From: Thraustochytrium aureum
Taxonomy: Eukaryota
Direction: 5' to 3'
Assembly (NCBI GenBank): GCA_012862495.1
Contig: BLSG01000137.1
Span: 75,794-111,789 of the forward strand
Length of the DNA stretch: 35,996 bases
The notes below the pieces were generated by a model. That model had not been told where the DNA came from. It worked only from the letters and a program-made list of their open reading frames with translations, and did no database searches. Of this stretch, positions 29,401-35,996 are shown piece after piece. Position 1 is the first letter of the stretch. Each line of letters begins with the position of its first letter. The position numbers and the translations under genes were made by a program.

Positions 29401-32400
29401 ATCGCGAGCGGGTCTGAAAGCTGCTCGCGAAGCTGGTCCGACAGCACGTCGCTGCGCCAAGGCAGGGACTTGCCAAATGCAGCCGCCAGCGGGTCCGCCG
29501 ACTCGTCAAAGGGGACCAATTCCGAGTATAGCAAGTGCAGCAAAAGAAGCGTGTCTCGGAGGCCCTCGACGCTCTGTTCTATCCCGCACTCTTCAAGCAA
29601 AGCGCGGACCTGGCCCAGCCCATCGTCCTCAAGCGCATCCTTGTTCGCCTCGAACCGCGCAAGNNNNNNNNNNNNNNNNNNNNNNNNNNNNNNNNNNNNN
29701 NNNNNNNNNNNNNNNNNNNNNNNNNNNNNNNNNNNNNNNNNNNNNNNNNNNNNNNNNNNNNNNNNNNNNNNNNNNNNNNNNNNNNNNNNNNNNNNNNNNN
29801 NNNNNNNNNNNNNNNNNNNNNNNNNNNNNNNNNNNNNNNNNNNNNNNNNNNNNNNNNNNNNNNNNNNNNNNNNNNNNNNNNNNNNNNNNNNNNNNNNNNN
29901 NNNNNNNNNNNNNNNNNNNNNNNNNNNNNNNNNNNNNNNNNNNNNNNNNNNNNNNNNNNNNNNNNNNNNNNNNNNNNNNNNNNNNNNNNNNNNNNNNNNN
30001 NNNNNNNNNNNNNNNNNNNNNNNNNNNNNNNNNNNNNNNNNNNNNNNNNNNNNNNNNNNNNNNNNNNNNNNNNNNNNNNNNNNNNNNNNNNNNNNNNNNN
30101 NNNNNNNNNNNNNNNNNNNNNNNNNNNNNNNNNNNNNNNNNNNNNNNNNNNNNNNNNNNNNNNNNNNNNNNNNNNNNNNNNNNNNNNNNNNNNNNNNNNN
30201 NNNNNNNNNNNNNNNNNNNNNNNNNNNNNNNNNNNNNNNNNNNNNNNNNNNNNNNNNNNNNNNNNNNNNNNNNNNNNNNNNNNNNNNNNNNNNNNNNNNN
30301 NNNNNNNNNNNNNNNNNNNNNNNNNNNNNNNNNNNNNNNNNNNNNNNNNNNNNNNNNNNNNNNNNNNNNNNNNNNNNNNNNNNNNNNNNNNNNNNNNNNN
30401 NNNNNNNNNNNNNNNNNNNNNNNNNNNNNNNNNNNNNNNNNNNNNNNNNNNNNNNNNNNNNNNNNNNNNNNNNNNNNNNNNNNNNNNNNNNNNNNNNNNN
30501 NNNNNNNNNNNNNNNNNNNNNNNNNNNNNNNAGACTGGTGAGGGGGACACTGCTGCCGAGGCGGGCGAAGTGCTCCGCCCGTACACGCCGCGACTCGAGC
30601 CCTTGCTCGCAAAGCCGCACTGCTGGACACGCTCAAAGAGAATCTCTGCCTGCTGCCGGGTCTGGAACTGTGCAAAGGCCCCGGCGCCGCCGTGTTCCAG
30701 AGTCTTGCTGAAGGTTGCGTAAAAGTCAGGCTGGTGCTCGAAACCTCGTGTGACAAAGTTGTACTCGGACTGGAGAACGGCGTCCTCGCGCCTGAGTGCG
30801 TCGAAGAGCGCTCGCCCCGCAGCGTTGGGGAACACCTTTCGAAAGTCGAAACTGACCACCTTGCCAGGGCCCTGGCCGATGTGGCATACGAGATCTGGGT
30901 GCACGCCGCGCTCCGAGTCGCCGTCATCATACGCGATGTCGTAGGTGCCATCCGCGTTGACACGAACGACCCGGCCTTTGTAGAAGCGCGACTTGCCGGC
31001 GTATCGTGCCTCGATCCGGTCGCCTTTCTTGAAAACGGTTGGCGCTTCCTTGGCGTCTTTGGCAACCTGCGCCTCGCCGCCGCGGCCTTGCGCCGCGGCC
31101 TTTCCAGAGGCTTGGCCTTCAGGGACCAAAAACACAGAGTAGACGTGCTTGTCATCAAACTCGCGCAACGCGTCTAGGGCGCAAACGCGGCGCTGCGGCA
31201 CGTCTGTCTCGCTAGACGGTATGGAGACGGCAGCGCAGCTGGAAGCTGGAGGGGCTTGTTCACGGGTCGAGCACGGGGGCACCTTGACGAGCGCCTTGAT
31301 GTTGTATACGTAGTTCCCTAGCCCGTCCGTGCTAACCTGGGACTCGTTGATCTTTATAACACGTGCCACCTCGCCGCGGTATTCGGGCATGTCGTGCGTC
31401 CACCCGCCGTGGCCATGCGCAAGGCGCTCCAGCTCATCGACGTCCTCGATCAGCCGCACGCTATCGCCGACGCGAATCGTATCATCGAACAAGAGCTCCT
31501 CGCCTCGAAACGCGACGTCGTAGAGGGCACCTTCGTCCACGGCCGAGTCGGCCGCCCGCACGGCGCGCACCGTGGCGGGGCGCCAGCCGGGTGGCAGTTC
31601 ATCGCTGCCGCGCCACCAAACGGCGACGCCCTCGCCGACAGCAAACGCAGCTGCGCCAACGGTGGTTGCGGCGGCGGAGGCGTCCCTGGAGCCTGAGGTC
31701 GCGGAACTGTCGGCTGGCAGGACACTTTGGTCCGGCGTGCACTCTGGAAAGGAGATTACGGGAAGGCAGTCCTCTTCCAATGACGGGCCATCGAAGACGC
31801 GTTCTAAGACGTTGTACTCGCGCAGGCACATGAGAAACCACTGTTTGCCGCCCTTTTTGTTGAGGGTCCTAGGCGCTCCGCCCTTTGAGCTCCCGAGACT
31901 GGCAACCAAACCAGCGCTAGGGCCTTTGCCGCCTCGCTGCGCGCCAGCAGGGCCGAGGTCTTGCAGCAAGTGCGCGCCCGTGTACGGATCATACCGCAGG
32001 ACCAAGGCGATGCGAAACTCTGCCGTGCCGTCATCCCCGTGCTTGACGGCCCCGGTGGCCGATCTGGGAGGCGAGTGCAACGCGTGGCGGCCTGGGGACT
32101 GCAGGCCGCGACCTGGTGACAAGCCCGGCGAGCGTGCGCTGCGCGCAGGCGAGGCGAGCGAGGCGCTGCCGGCCCAGCGTCGTCGCCGAGGCGCCCGCCG
32201 GGAAGCGCAGAGGCGACCCGGTGCACGACCTTGCGGCCGACGAGTTTTCGGCAGAAGGAGACGTATCGCGGGTCGGTGATGCGAACCGCGCGCAGGACCT
32301 GGCGTTGGAACTCGTACAGCGGCGTGAGCGGCAAGACCTGGACGACGAGGTCCTGGGCCCCGGGGAAAGGCATGGTGGTTTGGTCCAGCTCGGTGTCGCG

Positions 32401-35400
32401 GCCGAGGTGAATTTTAATCGCGTTGACGAGCGAGCGCACCCCGCCAGAAGCGGCCGCTGACTCGTTTGCGATTACTGGGAAGTTGTGCGAGGCGTGCACG
32501 GCGAGGACCATTTGCAGCTTGCTGATGAACCGGTACAGCGCCGAAGCAGTGAATGCGGAGGTGTCCAACTTGTCCGCCGCTGCCCCCGACCTGATTGACT
32601 CGAGCGAAGTTGTTGCGAGGTTTTGCACAGATTCCAGGGTCAGTGAAGCCTGCCGCCCGAGCATCGACCCAGCGCGGCTGCGGCCCGAGTTGGGGCTCCC
32701 TTGCCTTGACCGGTGCAGCTCACCGCCACCAAACTGGTCTTGCACATCGCCGAGCTGGCTCCCGACTCGCGAGCCTGGAGAGAGCGGCGCGTTGCTGGAA
32801 GGAGAGCTTGGGCTGACCATGGCTTCGTGGCGCGGAGGGCGGCGCAAATCGTCCTTGTGTCTATCGTCGTCGTCGTCGTCGTCGTCCTCGGCGCCGGCGT
32901 CGCCGATGCCGCCGCCCTCTGCTTCGCGGTTAACGACGTCACCGTCACCGGCCTTGAGCTCTTCCTCGTCGTCGATGTCCGCGCCCTCTTCCCCGACGAC
33001 CGGGGGCGGCATCGCAGACAGCAGAGCGTGCATCCTGGTTCGGCGCACATCCGCGGCGGTTTGCGGGTCGCGGACGTCTTTCGCGAGCAGGAAGTGCAAC
33101 AAGGCGCTTGGGAGGCCGGACTGCTCAAACTCGAATGCAGTGATGCCGTCGTCGCCGTATACGGCAAGTGGAGAAACGCCGTCGGAGACCTGGCTCGCGC
33201 GAGCAGAGTCTGGCGAGCCAGGTGAGAGCAGCCCGGCGCTGTCCTCGCCCGAAAGCGCGCTTTGCTCTTGGTCGGCCAGAGCTTCACGCCTCGCGCCCCT
33301 CCCTCCGCCACTCCCCTGCCCCATCATCCACACCAAGTGCTCCAGAACACTGCTGTCACCTCGCCGCAGCCTGTCGCAGACGTCAACCAACGCGGCACTC
33401 CGGCCCAAAAGCGTTTCCTCAGTGAGCCCAAGGCGACCGACTACGCACGACGAGATCTGGCTGACCACCTCGCTGGCGCCAGCAGCGAGCCCTCCGCTCG
33501 GGTCAAGGGTGCGCGAGTTGCTCGAAAGCGCTCGGAGCCGCGAGGTGATCCCGAATCGACACAGACTGAGGCAAAACTGCGCGTGGATGCCCAGTTCAGG
33601 CTCTGCTTTGCCAGGCGTGGGCGCCAACTCGGTCGCAGCGCTGTTGGAATAGTCGGACTCGACCGAGTCCTCGTTGCGGGTGGAGACGAGCAGCGCCTTT
33701 ATCGTGTCGATTGAAAGCCGCAGGGCCGTGATGTCGTCATTCTCTGGCGAGAACACAGACTGCAGCAGTTGCATGAGTTTGTCGTACTCGAGCTTGGCGA
33801 GCGTGTTGACCGCGTCACAATTTGGCAGCGGGCGAAAGCGCTCGACGATCATGACGAGCACCTCCATCGCGCGATGCGTGACGAAGTCGTGCTTTGTGAG
33901 CCCGAATCGCGCGAAGCAACGCCCGGAAAAAACGCCGCGCGTCGTGGGCCCACCAGCTTGAGCTGAGATGCTCTGCGATCCACACGACCTCGCTGCTGCG
34001 CTTCTGCAGGCGCTTCGAGACGCGCGTCCCGGCCTGCTCGGCCAATATTAGCTCCCGCGCGGCCTCCGTCATGGAGTCCAAACAAGCGACAACATCGTCG
34101 TCAACAACAGCCCCGGAGTCGAGCAGCAGCTCCACGGCAGCGCGGCTCCAAGCCTCGCGTTCTGCACGGGGAACCGCGAGGGGGGCTCGGGCGGCGAGCA
34201 GGCGGCGCCACCTTCGCTTTTCACTTCTGACGGCGCGACTCGCGATGGAGATGGATTTGCGTGCCGTCGCTGCCTCATCTGCATCGGCGCGCTCCGCCCG
34301 GTCAGCGCAAACATGTCCCTATCCTCGAAACTCTCGTCCTCCATGTCGTCCTCGTTGTCGTGACGCGCAGGCCGGGCCGACGAGGAGGGGCCGTTCTTGC
34401 GGCGCCAGAACGCCTCGAAGCCCACCGCCGTCGCTGCGAGGAGCAAAGGCGAAGCAAGGGAGCCGAGGCGGTCGGCGTCAGGGTTGACGTTGGCGCGGCA
34501 CCCGTTGACTGGGTCGACCAACACCTCGAGGAGATCGACTGAGCAGCCCATGTTGATGGCGCAAGCTAGCATCTCCGCGTCCGCCGTCTTGTCCCGCCAC
34601 GAAGGGTCAAAGTTCTCCGAGAGCCACAGCTGTTTGAGCCCCTCAATGTCATCGTTCGGCACGATGCGCTCGAGGAATATCTCGGTATAGCTGCTGCGCG
34701 CGTAGCGGCGGCTGCCAGAGCGCCGAGCAGGGATGAACCACCAGCCGCAGTGCTCGACGGCCGTGCTGTGGCCGTCGCAGACGATGCGTATCACGCACTC
34801 GACGAGCTGCAGGAAGCGCACGGCAGCAGTGTCCTCGCCGGCGCAGATCGCCACCGGGAGCGCTTCGGCAATCACCCGCGCCAGGCCCAGCTCGAGGTAG
34901 GTTTCACTGATTTCCACGCTACGCAAGCAGGCGGCACCGATCTCTGGGGCTTTGGCCCAGACCCCGGCTCGCAGCGACTCGAGGTGGGAGGTGGCGCGCT
35001 GCGTGTCGTCCAAGATGCGCTCGAGGCGTGCCGGCCCGCGCTCCGCGAGGCCCCACCGAGGCTTCCAGCCGCAAGCTCGTCCAGCCAGAGGTGCTCATCG
35101 CCAGCATGCCCGAGTCCAGCCCGCGCCTGCTCCTGCCGTATGCCCAGCCGCTGGCGCCGCTTCCGCCGCTTCTTGGGCTCGCCGTTTCGGCCAGGTGCTG
35201 GCTCAAGAAGCTGGGAAGCACGTTGCTCGGGGAGGCTCTGTTTCGGTTCGACCGGCTCCGCGAGGCCGGCATCGGCGCTTCGAGCAACTCGAGCGGGTGC
35301 CCGGATAGAAAAAGGTTGACCGCTTGCTCGAGGCGGCCATCGGCGGCGAGCAGGTACCGAAGCGCGGTGCCGCGGTCGCTCGACCCGGTAAACTCCAGAA

Positions 35401-35836
35401 AGGTGTCGATGCCCCCTTCCATGTCTTGGTCCTCGCCGGTTGCGACGTCCGCGGTCCTGGGCGCCGCGCCCTCGGAACTCTCGCTCTCCGCTTCGTTGGA
35501 GCCGTGCTCGCCGTGCTCGCGCGTGAACGAAGCTAGCAGGTCACGGGACTCGCGGACAACGCGCTCAGCGTAGAGGGCCTCGCGCTCCGACGCCCGTTCC
35601 ATCGCAAGCCTCGCGGAGTCGGTCGCGCTGTTCAGCACCTCAAGATGCGAGTGCAGATCCTGCACAAACCCGGACGCCACCTCCTCCCGCAGCAGCTCAA
35701 GCGCGTGCCTTCCGCTCTCAAACTGCTCGCGCAGCTGTTCAGCCAGGTCGAGTTCGATCTGGCTCTCCACGTCGTCCTCGAGCCCACTTCCCAGCTCGTC
35801 CTCCGCGGCCTCTCGGCCGCCGCTCCCGCCGCTCAT
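26490..35836 (-). CDS. Large HECT E3 ubiquitin ligase, TRIP12/Ufd4/UPL3 family (~3,100 codons including gap; several frame breaks)
   Basis: ATG at 35836. Family motifs ITAFEFEQSGLPSALLHFL, KLQMVL...FPV, QLSDPLAIATRCFPRW...FSFLFRTKVRQ..LRCTALGVSRAVAWLQ; HECT motifs VQFINETGAGDGVTLDFY, GLFPQPL, FRFLGRLMAKALLD, FLNFVTSQPRVP and PKATTCAKTLYLP (Cys at 26598-26600). Segments join at breaks near 35102, 35050, 34170, 33905 and 32170, and across gap 29664-30531. Confidence 0.85.
30885..31033 (-). other. Tudor/Agenet-like domain in the HECT ligase
   Basis: FKKGDRIEARYAGKSRFYKGRVVRVNADGTYDIAYDDGDSERGV. Confidence 0.8.
31289..31477 (-). other. Mind bomb-type SH3 repeat in the HECT ligase
   Basis: IRVGDSVRLIEDVDELERLAHGHGGWTHDMPEYRGEVARV...YVYNIKAL matches the GD.Vr...d......lq.gHGgW...M...G..g.V...fN..al pattern of the MIB1 SH3-like repeats. 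Confidence 0.7.
35306..35410 (-). other. UBA-like domain (DCN1/p47/FAF1 type) near the N-terminus of the HECT ligase
   Basis: IDTFLEFTGSSDRGTALRYLLAADGRLEQAVNLFL. Confidence 0.85.
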
Positions 35837-35996
35837 CGCAGCGCCTTACCCCGCGCGCGGCAGCGCCTCCGCTGCGACGCGCGCCACGCTCCCTCCCTCC
35901 GCCTGCGCGGCTGCCGCCCTGTGTTCCTCGATGCTCTCTGCCCAACGAGTCCAGACGCCGCGGCACGTTCGAGGCCCAGCAAGGCCCGCGTCTTCT

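Noticed and set aside
1..35996. tRNA, rRNA or other structured RNA genes
   Set aside because: None recognised by eye. A covariance-model search was not possible, and about 3.4 kb of the window is N.

Overview
GC-rich, gene-dense eukaryotic scaffold with no recognisable introns and nine N-gaps. The gene content (ATG16-like, F-box, HECT E3, mitochondrial-type SSADH), long unspliced CDSs and GGCT/GGCA and GATC microsatellites suggest an intron-poor protist, possibly a thraustochytrid-like stramenopile (inference only). Many single-base frame breaks, mostly in short homopolymer runs, fragment the ORF track. Once repaired, the window holds: a partial ATG16-like WD40 gene; a small coiled-coil/TM gene; one giant + strand gene of about 14 kb (~4,700 codons: SH3-SH3, candidate papain/CE-like peptidase fold, DUF3638/DUF3645 P-loop ATPase with SecA-like motif layout, (QE)12, EF-hands, Vps62-like domain); a partial F-box gene; a more AT-rich segment with a multi-zinc-finger ORF ending in a piggyBac-type Cys-rich domain and a 29-bp palindromic tandem repeat; a 2-TM protein; an NWD/TEP1-like WD40 gene; SSADH; and a ~9.3-kb minus-strand TRIP12/Ufd4/UPL3-family HECT ligase with extra domains, one inserted next to the catalytic Cys. 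The best candidate for an undescribed system is the giant SecA-like ATPase. All domain calls come from motif recognition by eye; no database search was run.
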